Below, one piece after another: positions 37,485 to 47,449 of a stretch of DNA of 64,000 bases (within the stretch, counting starts at the first letter, position 1; each line of letters starts with the position of its first letter). The notes beneath the pieces are model-generated. The model was not told the DNA's origin, ran no database searches, and was given only the letters and a program-made list of their open reading frames with translations. The DNA is from Polyangia bacterium. GTDB lineage: Bacteria; Myxococcota_A; Polyangia; Palsa-1104; JAEUJZ01. A program made the position numbers and the translations under genes. The stretch covers positions 43,387-107,386 of the forward strand of contig JBGAUT010000016.1 of the NCBI GenBank assembly GCA_044228505.1, in the 5' to 3' direction.

Positions 37485-40400
37485 ATGTCCTTACATCCGC
37501 TCTTTCCTCGTCCGTGCAGCGCGTTCGTTGGTCGGTCAGATGCGCTGCGACGCACCAGCGAGCTTCTACCCACCGAGGTGCTGTTCCTGGTGTATGGAGT
37601 CGCGGGCATCGGCAAGAGCGAGTTCGTCTACCGGGTGGTGGAAGCGGCGCAGCAGACTCCGCAGTTCTCACGGGCCAAGGCAGTCTTGGTTACAGCCCAA
37701 CGCGAACAAACAGGCGCTCAACTGGTGACGCAGATTCAGCACGCTCTGCAACTTCATTCGCCAGTGCGGCGTGCTCCATCGCGAGGGACGCCAGACGACT
37801 TTGCTGCCCTGGCTCGGATTCTAGATGATGCGGCACAGCCGTTTCTGCTGTGCTTGGATGAGCTTCAGTTGCTATCGGAGGGCGCAGAGACTCTGCTCAG
37901 CGAGCTGTTGGCTTTCCTGAGCCGTCACGTTCGCAGCAGTCGGATTTTTGTGTGTGCTCGGGTGGAGTTGACGCTCCCTGCATCAACGCAGATCCCAGTG
38001 GTGTTGCGCCTGCCCCCACTATCTACCGCAGAGTCGATTCAGCTTGCGGACTCCTTGCTGGTGAGGCTCGGTCCTGAATCAGCCATTGCTGAAGATGTCC
38101 TTCGGACCTGTCTAGGGAGTCCGCTGCTGATTCGTCAAGCGCTGTTGCGCACTGCGGGAGGAGACGATTCCTCGTCGAGAATTCCGTCAGAAACGCTGGT
38201 GACGCTGGTTCCAGAGCAGAGACAGATTCTGCTCTTGGGTCGGATTCTTTCTGGTCGGCAAGCGCTGACGCTTCCGGAACTGCAGCAGATGTTTCCATCC
38301 GTGACATCTCTGCCCGAGTTGGTGCGACAGCTAGCGCGACGATTTTTGATCGATCTCGATGGTGGAACGATCAAGGTCTCGTTGCCGCTGTGGAACGTAC
38401 TGGTGTCGACCTGGCCACATGCAGATCTATCGTATACGCGTCGGTCGGTAGCCTCACTGCTGCTCGGTCGCTTTTTGATGGCACCACAGCGTCGAGCCCA
38501 TGAAGGAATCGAAGCGATCAAGCAACTGCTGCTGTCCGGGGCTTATGCGCAAGCGGTACAGGTGTTGCGGCAGACTCATCGGGCGATCTCGGCGGCTTGG
38601 TTGGATTCGCAACTGCTGGATTTGCTGCGGACACTGCGCCAAGAGCTACAAGCAGAGAGTGATGAAACGTCACGGAATACGCAGCGAGTCGAGGTCGAGT
38701 TGCTTACGGCTCGGCTGCTGCTTCGGCGTTCCGATGTGATCCGTTCACAGTCGATTGTGGAGTCACTCAGGCTAGAACCGATGGTGCTTCATTCATCGCG
38801 CTATCACGGACTGCTCGGCGAGATCTGTCAGCGGAGCGGGCGCTTGACAGAGTCACGGAGGCACTTTGCAGAAGCACGAAACCGTGCTGATTCGCCACGC
38901 GAGCTGTTTCGGATTTCGCTCCAGTTTGCGCAGACCTTGGCGCTTTCTGGAGAGCCGGAGCAGGCGAGCCAATTGCTGCATGAATCGCTGACAGAGCTGA
39001 CTGCGCCAGAGCCGGCCGACACGGCCTATTGGCAGGGGGCGCTATCGCTCGGATTGATACTGGAAGATCGACTGAGCGAGGCGGCTGAAGCTGCACGCCA
39101 AGCACTGGCGATCCTGGGGGTCGGTGGTGCACTGGGGCTTTCACTCGCGCTGCACGAGGTGATCGCACGCGTGGGCTGTGATGACATCGGAGCGGCAAGA
39201 GCACTGGTCGACCGACTGCTTTTTCAATTTGCAACAAGCGGCGCGGCAGCCAGTTCGGCGCAGGTGCCGTCCGTTCCGATGCCGTCCGTTCCGATGATGA
39301 CGCTGCTGCGTGGGGTGGTGTTGTGCGCGCAAGGCGAGCTGAGCTCTGCGCGGACTGTGCTTGCGGAGTCGATGGGAGTATTCGAGGAACAAAACGATTT
39401 GTTGGCAGCGATGGTGGCGGGCTTTTATCTGGGAAAGGCTCTGTTTGGACTGGGGGATCTAGCGGGAGCCCACCAGGTACTGACGCGGACGCTGGCGTTT
39501 TCGCGACAAGCGGGAGCGAGGCCGCTGTCACAACGGATCGAGCTACTGTGTGCGCAGGTGCTGCTGGGGATGGCGATTCCTGTGGCCGCATGTACACATG
39601 TGGAGAGGGTGCTCGGTTCACAGGCACCGCAGTTGTCGGCGCGGCTGCGGGCTGCGGCGGTGAGTATCAAGGCACGGGCCGATGCGCTATCTGCGCTTGA
39701 TGCGGGTGCGCTGGGGAGCGATGCGATCGCTCAGGCTGCGGCGTGCGCAATGGAACAGGCGAGTGCTTGGAGCCGGGAGGCAGGGAGGGCATCCGAGGTG
39801 TCCATCGATGTCGAGAGAGCTGAGCTGTGGACTCTGCTGGTAACGCTGCCAGAGCCGGGACTCCTTCCGATTGTGCAGCGCACGGAGCAAGCACTGCTGC
39901 ACTACGCGGCATGCGAGCGTCGGTATGAAGAGGCTCGGGCCGCACTGGCGCTTTCTGGGCTACTGCTCTGTCATGGCTCCTCGATGGACTTGACGCGTGC
40001 GGATGAAGCACTGGTACGTGCTCAAGAGCTGTCCACGCGACATGCCTTTGGTCTTCTGCATCTGCGCGGATTGCTACTGGAAGCGGTCTTTGCGAGACGG
40101 CAAGGAAATACACGACAGATGCTCCGGTTGCTGCGGCAAGGAGTCGAGTATGCCGGGGTACAGACCGATCTGCTGGAGGTGCAATTGCTGCGGGAAGCGC
40201 TGCGGGAGTTGGATCGACAGCCCGGAGATCCAGAGGAACGTGCACCGCGAATCGACTCTTTGCTGTCGCGACTGGGTCTGCGCTGTGTGCTTCCGTATGA
40301 GATCATCGATCGCAGCGGCCGACGCGAGGCGGATGAGGAGTCACGACGGCGCGCTTTCATCGACTACGAACTGTTCATCGAACCCGAGCGCGGGATGATC

Positions 40401-40724
40401 ACACGCGGTGGAGATCCGACAGGAGCTGCCATCGTGGGGCGACCGTTGCTGGCGGCTCTACTGGCAGCCTTGCTGATTGCACCGACGGAAGGTGCGAGCG
40501 CAGAGCGACTCTTTTACGATGTCTGGGGAGGTCGCGAGTACCACCCGCTGCAGCACCGCAACACGATCTATGTGGCGATTGGTCGGCTCCGACAAGCCAT
40601 CAGAGAATTACTTCCGGGGCGCGAGATTATCGAAACTGGCGTCGGAGGCTGGCGTCTGTCTGAGGTCGTCAGCGTGTGTATCATCCGCAAAAAGAGTCGT
40701 GAAAAAGTCCTCTTATCGTGCTGA
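37485..40724 (+). CDS. large STAND-type NTPase regulator: N-terminal P-loop ATPase, central TPR-like helical repeats, C-terminal OmpR/PhoB-type winged-helix DNA-binding domain
   Basis: Walker A LVYGVAGIGKSEF, a long helical Leu/Ala-rich middle region, and a C-terminal wHTH ...ERLFYDVWGGREYHPLQHRNTIYVAIGRLRQAIREL...GWRL. The start is likely ATG 37485, given the divergent GntP start at 37431. Confidence 0.6.
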   Translation: MSLHPLFPRPCSAFVGRSDALRRTSELLPTEVLFLVYGVAGIGKSEFVYRVVEAAQQTPQFSRAKAVLVTAQREQTGAQLVTQIQHALQLHSPVRRAPSRGTPDDFAALARILDDAAQPFLLCLDELQLLSEGAETLLSELLAFLSRHVRSSRIFVCARVELTLPASTQIPVVLRLPPLSTAESIQLADSLLVRLGPESAIAEDVLRTCLGSPLLIRQALLRTAGGDDSSSRIPSETLVTLVPEQRQILLLGRILSGRQALTLPELQQMFPSVTSLPELVRQLARRFLIDLDGGTIKVSLPLWNVLVSTWPHADLSYTRRSVASLLLGRFLMAPQRRAHEGIEAIKQLLLSGAYAQAVQVLRQTHRAISAAWLDSQLLDLLRTLRQELQAESDETSRNTQRVEVELLTARLLLRRSDVIRSQSIVESLRLEPMVLHSSRYHGLLGEICQRSGRLTESRRHFAEARNRADSPRELFRISLQFAQTLALSGEPEQASQLLHESLTELTAPEPADTAYWQGALSLGLILEDRLSEAAEAARQALAILGVGGALGLSLALHEVIARVGCDDIGAARALVDRLLFQFATSGAAASSAQVPSVPMPSVPMMTLLRGVVLCAQGELSSARTVLAESMGVFEEQNDLLAAMVAGFYLGKALFGLGDLAGAHQVLTRTLAFSRQAGARPLSQRIELLCAQVLLGMAIPVAACTHVERVLGSQAPQLSARLRAAAVSIKARADALSALDAGALGSDAIAQAAACAMEQASAWSREAGRASEVSIDVERAELWTLLVTLPEPGLLPIVQRTEQALLHYAACERRYEEARAALALSGLLLCHGSSMDLTRADEALVRAQELSTRHAFGLLHLRGLLLEAVFARRQGNTRQMLRLLRQGVEYAGVQTDLLEVQLLREALRELDRQPGDPEERAPRIDSLLSRLGLRCVLPYEIIDRSGRREADEESRRRAFIDYELFIEPERGMITRGGDPTGAAIVGRPLLAALLAALLIAPTEGASAERLFYDVWGGREYHPLQHRNTIYVAIGRLRQAIRELLPGREIIETGVGGWRLSEVVSVCIIRKKSREKVLLSC

Positions 40725-42659
40725 CTTCGAATCGGTCGCTTGGTGAAAGCTGTGTGCTTGGTCGGCTGTCTCAAACAACTGCGGAGCGACGCCTCGCTTG
40801 GTCAGCACATCATCCAGTTTGACTCGCATAAACGCGCTGGTGGTATAGCGCGACACCTGGGTGTAGTAGCGGTCCATGAGGTAGCGGACCATGTCTGCAT
40901 AGGCCTCGGTGACAGCGTCTTCGATCTGAAAGGAGTCGTAGTTTACGATCACCGCAACTCTGCGTCCGACGGAACGACACTTCTTTTCGACGGCCTCGCG
41001 GATGGCTTCCACATCGCGCTGGTTGCGGACCTCCATGCCTTCGAAGTTGTTAAACAGGATGTTGCGCTGCGGGTCGTAGCTGATGCGTTGCTTGAGATCG
41101 AGTCGGAGTAACTCGCGCTTCAGTTCCATCGTTTCGGGACGGAAGATCCGCTCGTCCATCAACTTGGGACTGCGCACGATCGGCGCAAACCCCATGTGGG
41201 CCAAGATGTCGTCGTGCAGATCGATGCCAGGCGCGATTTCGATCAGCTCTAGTCCGGCCGGGACGAGCTGAAACACGCAGCGTTCGGTGACGTAATACAC
41301 TTGCTGCTGCTGCTGGGCGGCATAGGCACCACTGAAAGTAATTTGCTCGACTTTTTTGACGAACTTGCGGCTGCGGCCCTCGTGGAGGATACCGAGCTTG
41401 CCACCGCCGACCGCGACCTCGAGTCCGTCGGTGGTGAATGTTCCAACAAACACCAAGCGACGGGCATTTTGGCTGATGTTGATAAAGCCTCCGGCACCCG
41501 CCAGGCGCTTGCCAAACCGACTCACATTGATGTTGCCGTGCTCATCACACTCGGCCATTCCCAAGCAGGCAAGGTCGAGTCCTCCGCCATCGTAGAAGTC
41601 GAACTGCTGATTTTGCGCGATGATTGCGTCGGTGTTGATCGCTGCGCCAAAGTCTAGGCCACTTGCGGGAACGCCGCCGATGACACCGGGCTCGGTCGTC
41701 AGCGTCAAGTAGTCCAGGAGCTTTTCCTCGCGTGCGACCGCCGCCACTCCTTCTGGCATGCCGATTCCCAAGTTGCAGACCGCGTTTGGTGACAACTCAC
41801 AGGCCGCACGACGGGCAATCACCTTGCGGATATCGAGTGGCAGTGGCGGAGCGCCATCGACGGGAACACGAATCTCGGCAGCAAAGGCGGGACTGTAGGC
41901 AGTTGCATAGGTCTGGACGTGATACTCCGGCGATGCCACGACCACGCAGTCGACCAAGATGCCGGGAATCACGACTTGACGGGGATGAAGGGAGCCGGCC
42001 GCTGCGATGCGTTCGACCTGGACGATGACCAATCCCTGGCTGTTTTTCACCGCCTGTGCCATCGCCAGGTTGTCGAGGACCAGGGATTCTCGTTCCATGG
42101 TGATGTTGCCGTTCGGATCGGCGGAAGTGCCACGCAGGAACGCGACGTGAATCGGAAACGACTTGTAAAACAGCCATTCCTTGCCATCGATCTCGAGCAG
42201 GCGCACCAGATCTTCCTGCGCCAAGCGATTGACCTTGCCACCCTCGATGCGCGGATCGACAAAGGTGTGCAGTCCAACCTTGGTGATGACGCCAGGCTTG
42301 CCGGCCGCGATGTCGCGATACAGGTGGGAAATACAGCCCTGCGGCAGGTTGTACGCTTCGATCTTGTCGTCGAGAGCGAGCTTGCTGACTTTGGGAATCA
42401 GGCCCCAATGACCACCGATCACCCGTTTGAGCAGTCCCTCGTGCGCGATCCGGTTGAGTCCGCGATGCTTGCCATCGCCTTGTCCGGCGGCAAATACCAG
42501 CGTCAGATCTTTGGGTGACTGCGTTTGCACGAAGCGCTGCTCGAGTGCATGCAGCAGTCCGTCAGGAGTTCCCGTTCCGACAAAACCAGAAGTACAGAGT
42601 GTGTCGCCATCGCGGATGAGCGCGACGGCCTCGTCCGAGGATACGACCTTGTTTCGCAT
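40713..42659 (-). CDS. acyl-CoA:acetate/3-ketoacid CoA-transferase (YdiF/propionate-CoA-transferase family) with ~120-aa C-terminal extension
   Basis: The N-terminus SSDEAVALIRDGDTLCTSGFVGTGTPDGLLHALEQRF and the central region match family I CoA-transferases. Confidence 0.75.
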   Translation of the reverse strand: MRNKVVSSDEAVALIRDGDTLCTSGFVGTGTPDGLLHALEQRFVQTQSPKDLTLVFAAGQGDGKHRGLNRIAHEGLLKRVIGGHWGLIPKVSKLALDDKIEAYNLPQGCISHLYRDIAAGKPGVITKVGLHTFVDPRIEGGKVNRLAQEDLVRLLEIDGKEWLFYKSFPIHVAFLRGTSADPNGNITMERESLVLDNLAMAQAVKNSQGLVIVQVERIAAAGSLHPRQVVIPGILVDCVVVASPEYHVQTYATAYSPAFAAEIRVPVDGAPPLPLDIRKVIARRAACELSPNAVCNLGIGMPEGVAAVAREEKLLDYLTLTTEPGVIGGVPASGLDFGAAINTDAIIAQNQQFDFYDGGGLDLACLGMAECDEHGNINVSRFGKRLAGAGGFINISQNARRLVFVGTFTTDGLEVAVGGGKLGILHEGRSRKFVKKVEQITFSGAYAAQQQQQVYYVTERCVFQLVPAGLELIEIAPGIDLHDDILAHMGFAPIVRSPKLMDERIFRPETMELKRELLRLDLKQRISYDPQRNILFNNFEGMEVRNQRDVEAIREAVEKKCRSVGRRVAVIVNYDSFQIEDAVTEAYADMVRYLMDRYYTQVSRYTTSAFMRVKLDDVLTKRGVAPQLFETADQAHSFHQATDSKSAR

Positions 42660-42727
42660 AGCCCGCCACACTCGCAGCTTGGCACGCCTCTGCCAAGTGA
42701 CTTCGTCTTACAACCAGTTTCTGCGGA

Positions 42728-43777
42728 CTACGGAACAGCGGGCCGCTGCGATTCGCCGAGGAAGTAGCGTTCCATCTCTTGTGCAGCGGGCTTGTGACGC
42801 ATGGTGTAGCCGCGTGAGGCCCGTCCGCCCCAGCCGTAGTAGTTCCAGAAGTAGACGCCGGACAGCAGGGGTTCGCCCTGCCAGACCCGTGCAAACGCTT
42901 CATAGGCTCGACGCTGATCTTCTAGATCAACCGGCTTTTCTGCGGCTTCTTCCCACGGCCAGGCTGCCGCCCCTCGCTGACTTAAGTAGCCCACTTCGGT
43001 CAGCAGAATCGGCTTCTGCTTGGTCCGCGCAAATGAGACCAGTTCATCCCGCTTTTTGCGCCAGGCACCGATCATGTCTTCGACGGCGACAGGCGGGGTG
43101 CGGAGCCGACTCGCCAGCGGAAAGTACGCGCACAGTCCCGCGCTATCGCACAACTCGTAGAGCGCGACCTGCTCAAAGTGATCCCAGTTGCCCGAGTATG
43201 TCAGCCGACCTTTGTACGTCTGCCGGACCTTGCCAACGAGCCGCTTCCAATCGGGGAGATCGCGCTCGCCATCCAAGGTCGATAGCTCGCTGCCCACCGA
43301 ATACTGTTCCACCTTGTGATTCTGGGCGAGCTTGGCCAGATGCAGAATCAGCCGCTCGTAGCTTGCCCACCACGCCTTGCGATCGTCGGGGCTCAGTGTG
43401 CCGCGCCACTCCGAAGAGCTACGCGGACTATTCAGCCGTACGATCGGAAACAACATCACCTTCAGTCCCAGTGCATGCGCTTCCTGAATCGTACGCGTGA
43501 TGGTTTCATCGGGAACGCTGAAGCGTGGATGACCGTAAATGCTCGTAGAGCCGGCATGATCTTGATAGTACGCAGGCACCAGCGAGACGTGGCTTGCCGA
43601 CAGATCTTTGATCTCACGCAGCAGACCCGCGTACGACCACAACGGATCCTCGTGAAACAGCCCGAGTGCCACGCCGCGCTGAAGTGGGGCAGGGGACTCC
43701 GCTCGCGTAGAAGGTAGCGCAGACAGCGACAACCCACTGCCGATCAGTGCTTGCAGAACCTGTCGCCGCGAGGTCAT
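42728..43777 (-). CDS. TAT-secreted TIM-barrel glycoside hydrolase (GH5/GH26/GH113-like)
   Basis: Twin-arginine signal MTSRRQVLQALIGSGLSLSALP. A TIM-barrel-like pattern with the candidate catalytic Glu residues in GSELS and LTEVGY. A 4-bp overlap with the upstream gene. Confidence 0.55.
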   Translation of the reverse strand: MTSRRQVLQALIGSGLSLSALPSTRAESPAPLQRGVALGLFHEDPLWSYAGLLREIKDLSASHVSLVPAYYQDHAGSTSIYGHPRFSVPDETITRTIQEAHALGLKVMLFPIVRLNSPRSSSEWRGTLSPDDRKAWWASYERLILHLAKLAQNHKVEQYSVGSELSTLDGERDLPDWKRLVGKVRQTYKGRLTYSGNWDHFEQVALYELCDSAGLCAYFPLASRLRTPPVAVEDMIGAWRKKRDELVSFARTKQKPILLTEVGYLSQRGAAAWPWEEAAEKPVDLEDQRRAYEAFARVWQGEPLLSGVYFWNYYGWGGRASRGYTMRHKPAAQEMERYFLGESQRPAVP

Positions 43778-44604
43778 CGCCCGAGCTTCCAAATCACCGT
43801 CAGCCAGGACCGCCCGAGGTACAGCGTGTGTGCGCATAGGTACGGCAGCAAGAACCACTCCATGCGTCCGAACAGCGCCGGGAAGATGAACCACGCCGGA
43901 TAGTGCAGCGTCAGCTTTCCCAAGGACTCGAGCAGTCGAATCGGCAGCAGGATCAGCCTTTTGAGAGGTGAGCTCGGAGCTGGCTCCGTGGGTTCTTTCC
44001 ACTTGGTGTAGCCCGCGACGCGCTCGCCCTTTTTGCCATGTACCGCCTCGAAGTACTCCGGTCGGCGCATAAACGTCGTGGTCGAGATTCCTGCCGCCGC
44101 AATGCAGACGCCGAGCAGTCCGAGTCCCAGCCAAAATACCTGCGGTGAGACACCGGTAAAGAGGAGCGGTGCCCGACCGTCGATGGCGAGCCTCCCGGCA
44201 CAGCTTGCCACCAGCAGCACCGCTTTGATCTCATCGACCAAGAAGTCTAGGTAGGCACCGACCGGTGATGACAAGCCCTTGATTCGTGCGAGTTGACCAT
44301 CGACGCAGTCGAGGACAAACGCCAGATGTAGCACCAGCGCTGCCGACACCAGACCGATCCAGCCTGGGCACAAAAGCAGGGTGGCAATTCCCACAAGCGA
44401 GGTGAACAGCGAAAGCAGTGTGACTTGATTGGGAGTAATCGGGGTAGGGCGCAGCAGATACACGAGCACTGCTGCCTTGGGCCGAGCGATGTAGCGATTG
44501 AAGCGAAGATCCTCTGCTTTGACGCTGCGCCGATAGATCTCGACCACCGAGAGCGGCCCGACAGATGGTGCGCCGGTAGGCGGTTCGGTGGTCTGCGCGC
44601 TCAT
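43774..44604 (-). CDS. CDP-alcohol phosphatidyltransferase family protein
   Basis: Signature DCVDGQLARIKGLSSPVGAYLDFLVDEIK (D-G-x2-A-R-x8-G-x3-D-x3-D). Multiple TM helices. The start ATG overlaps the gyrA stop (TGATG). Confidence 0.7.
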   Translation of the reverse strand: MSAQTTEPPTGAPSVGPLSVVEIYRRSVKAEDLRFNRYIARPKAAVLVYLLRPTPITPNQVTLLSLFTSLVGIATLLLCPGWIGLVSAALVLHLAFVLDCVDGQLARIKGLSSPVGAYLDFLVDEIKAVLLVASCAGRLAIDGRAPLLFTGVSPQVFWLGLGLLGVCIAAAGISTTTFMRRPEYFEAVHGKKGERVAGYTKWKEPTEPAPSSPLKRLILLPIRLLESLGKLTLHYPAWFIFPALFGRMEWFLLPYLCAHTLYLGRSWLTVIWKLGR

Positions 44605-47309
44605 CAGGTCGTCTCGGGCTCGTCTGCTGCTTCATCGGGCTCGTCGTGAAGATCTTCCTCGCCTTCCACATCGTCGAGCACTTCGATCGGGCTTGGGGCA
44701 AGCTCTTCTTCGCTGCCTTCAACGGGCTCCGAGCCATCCTTGCCTGGATCACTCAGTGCTTCGACGGCGACCACGCGCTCTCCACTCGCCGGATCGATGC
44801 GGATGAGTCGCACGCCTTGGGTGTTGCGGCCTCGGGTCGGGATGTCGCGGACGCGAATGCGGATCACTCGCCCGGTGTCGGTGACGAGCATCAAATCTTC
44901 GCTATCGACCACCGTCAACACTCCGACCACCTTGCCGTTGCGGTCGTTGGTCTTGATGGTGATGACGCCCTGCGTGCCGCGGTTCTTCAGCGGGTAATCG
45001 GACGCGGGAGTGCGCTTGCCGAATCCCTTTTCACAAACGGTGAGGAGCGTGGTTTCGCTGCCTGAGTCGCGGCTGAGCACTTGCATTGCGACGATGCGAT
45101 CGCTGGCGCTCTTGAGGGTGACACCCCGAACGCCGCGTGCGGTGCGACCCATGGCGCGGACTTGCTCTTCTCGGAAGCGGACTACGTAGCCGTCGCGGGT
45201 ACACAGCGCGATGTCGCTTTGACCATCGGTGATTCCGGCCCCAACCAGATCGTCCCCTTCGTCGAGATCGACGGCGATGATACCGGTCGAACGAATCGCT
45301 GAAAACGCATCGAGCTCAGTCTTCTTCACGACACCTTTGGCCGTCGCGAGTAGCACGAACTTCCCGGCTTCGAATCCCGGCAGCGGCAGCATCTCGACGA
45401 TGCGTTCACCGGGCTGAAGCTCCAGGAAGTTGACCATCGCCTTGCCCTTGCCCGAGCGCGACTGCGACTCTGGCAGGTCGAATACACGCTTTGAGTAGGC
45501 GCGACCCGTGTTCGTGAACATCAGCACGTAGTCATGGGTGCTGGCGACGAACAGCTTGTGGATCAGATCTTCTTCCTTGGTCGTCGCTCCTTGCACGCCA
45601 CGGCCACCACGACCCTGCGAGCGATACTCCGACAGCGAGACCCGACGAACGTAGCCTTCGCGGGACAGCGTCACCACCATCGGTTCGACGGCGATGAGCT
45701 CTTCCAGTCGAATCTCGCCCGCATCATCAATGATCTGGGTGCGGCGAGGCTCGCTGTACTGGGCGCGCAGCTCGGTGAGCTCTCCAGCGATGACATCGCG
45801 CAGGCGCGACTCGCTGGCCAAGATCGCTTCCAGACCAACGATGGTGGTGGTCAGCTCGCGATACTCCTCGGCGAGCTTGTCTCGCTCCAGTCCGGTCAGG
45901 CGCTGGAGTCTCATCTCCAGGATGGCTTTCGCCTGCGGTTCACTAAAGTACAGCGCGCCACGACCGGTGCGAGCGGCGATCTCTTCCTCGGGGCGACCAG
46001 CGCGGCGGAGGAACTCGGCCAGCCCGGTGAGCGGCTCAGCCATCAAGTGATCCTTGGCTTCCGCCGGATCCTTGGCCGCACGAATGATCGCGATGATGCG
46101 ATCGATCTGATCGATCGCCAGACCCAGTCCTTCCACAATCTCGCGACGAGCCCGCGCCTGCTTGAGCATGAACAGCGAGCGTCGCAGCACGATCTGTCGG
46201 CGGTGCTCAAGGAAGTGTCCGAGCGCGTCTCGCAGCGATAGAATTCGCGGTCTGCCGTCGACAATCGCCAGCATGATGACGCCAAAGGTCACCTGTAAGC
46301 TGGTCTGCGCGTAGAGCTGGTTTAGCACCACCTGACCCACCGCATCGCGCTTCAGCTCGATGACGAGACGCATGCCTTCGCGGCTCGACTCGTTGCGGAG
46401 ATCCGAGATGCCTTCGATCTTCTTTTCGCGGACCAGCTCGGCGAGGCGCTCGATCACTCGGTTGGGGTTCACCTGATAGGGAACCTCGGTGACGATGATC
46501 TGCGACTTGTTGTTTTTCAGCTCTTCGATTTCGGTCTTGGCGCGCAGCGTCAGCGAGCCTCGGCCGGTTTCGTAGGCCTGACGGATGCCCGCCTTGCCGT
46601 AGATAAAACCGTAGGTCGGGAAGTCGGGACCGGGCACTAGCTTCATGAGATCGGCATTGGTCGATTGCGGCTCTCGCAGAAGCAGCAGGGCCGCATCGAG
46701 CACTTCGCCCAGGTTATGGGGCGGAATGTTCGTCGCCATACCGACCGCGATACCCGAGGCACCATTGACGAGCAGATTCGGCAGCATTGCCGGCAGCACC
46801 GTCGGTTCGCGCTCTTTGTCATCGAAGTTCGGTACAAAATCGACCGTCTCTTTATCGAGATCGCCGAGCATCGCCGACGACACGCGCTGAAGTCGACACT
46901 CGGTGTATCGATACGCGGCCGGCGGATCACCTTCAATCGAACCGAAGTTGCCTTGCCCGTCGATGAGCGGGTGGCGCATGTTCCAGTCTTGCGCCAATCG
47001 AACGAGTGCGTCGTAGACCGAAGCATCACCGTGTGGGTGGTACTTACCGAGCACTTCACCGACGACGCGGGCGCACTTAACGTGAGAGCGATTCCAGACG
47101 ATGTTGCCTTCGTGCATCGCGTACAGGATGCGACGATGCACGGGCTTGAGTCCGTCGCGGGCGTCGGGAAGCGCACGTGAGATGATGACGCTCATCGCGT
47201 AGTCCATAAACGATGTGCGCATCTCGTCGTGGATTTGCTGGACGAAGATGGAGGTCGGCGGTTGGCCGGCGGGAGGAGCTACGGTCGATGTCGAGTTATC
47301 TTGAGCCAT
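44604..47309 (-). CDS. gyrA: DNA gyrase subunit A
   Basis: N-terminal [24 protein letters not shown] (active-site Tyr region), a full-length GyrA with the C-terminal beta-pinwheel, and an acidic tail. Confidence 0.95.
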   Translation of the reverse strand: MAQDNSTSTVAPPAGQPPTSIFVQQIHDEMRTSFMDYAMSVIISRALPDARDGLKPVHRRILYAMHEGNIVWNRSHVKCARVVGEVLGKYHPHGDASVYDALVRLAQDWNMRHPLIDGQGNFGSIEGDPPAAYRYTECRLQRVSSAMLGDLDKETVDFVPNFDDKEREPTVLPAMLPNLLVNGASGIAVGMATNIPPHNLGEVLDAALLLLREPQSTNADLMKLVPGPDFPTYGFIYGKAGIRQAYETGRGSLTLRAKTEIEELKNNKSQIIVTEVPYQVNPNRVIERLAELVREKKIEGISDLRNESSREGMRLVIELKRDAVGQVVLNQLYAQTSLQVTFGVIMLAIVDGRPRILSLRDALGHFLEHRRQIVLRRSLFMLKQARARREIVEGLGLAIDQIDRIIAIIRAAKDPAEAKDHLMAEPLTGLAEFLRRAGRPEEEIAARTGRGALYFSEPQAKAILEMRLQRLTGLERDKLAEEYRELTTTIVGLEAILASESRLRDVIAGELTELRAQYSEPRRTQIIDDAGEIRLEELIAVEPMVVTLSREGYVRRVSLSEYRSQGRGGRGVQGATTKEEDLIHKLFVASTHDYVLMFTNTGRAYSKRVFDLPESQSRSGKGKAMVNFLELQPGERIVEMLPLPGFEAGKFVLLATAKGVVKKTELDAFSAIRSTGIIAVDLDEGDDLVGAGITDGQSDIALCTRDGYVVRFREEQVRAMGRTARGVRGVTLKSASDRIVAMQVLSRDSGSETTLLTVCEKGFGKRTPASDYPLKNRGTQGVITIKTNDRNGKVVGVLTVVDSEDLMLVTDTGRVIRIRVRDIPTRGRNTQGVRLIRIDPASGERVVAVEALSDPGKDGSEPVEGSEEELAPSPIEVLDDVEGEEDLHDEPDEAADEPETT

Positions 47310-47449
47310 GTGACGAAGAGAGTCCTAAGTTCACGGGCCAGCTTGGATTGTGGCCGCACCGGAATGGGGCCTTTTATCTCAATTGGCCGACGACGGCAAG
47401 CGGTGCGTCAATTTTGTGTGTTCCGCCCCGCGTATATTCGAGCGCTGTA

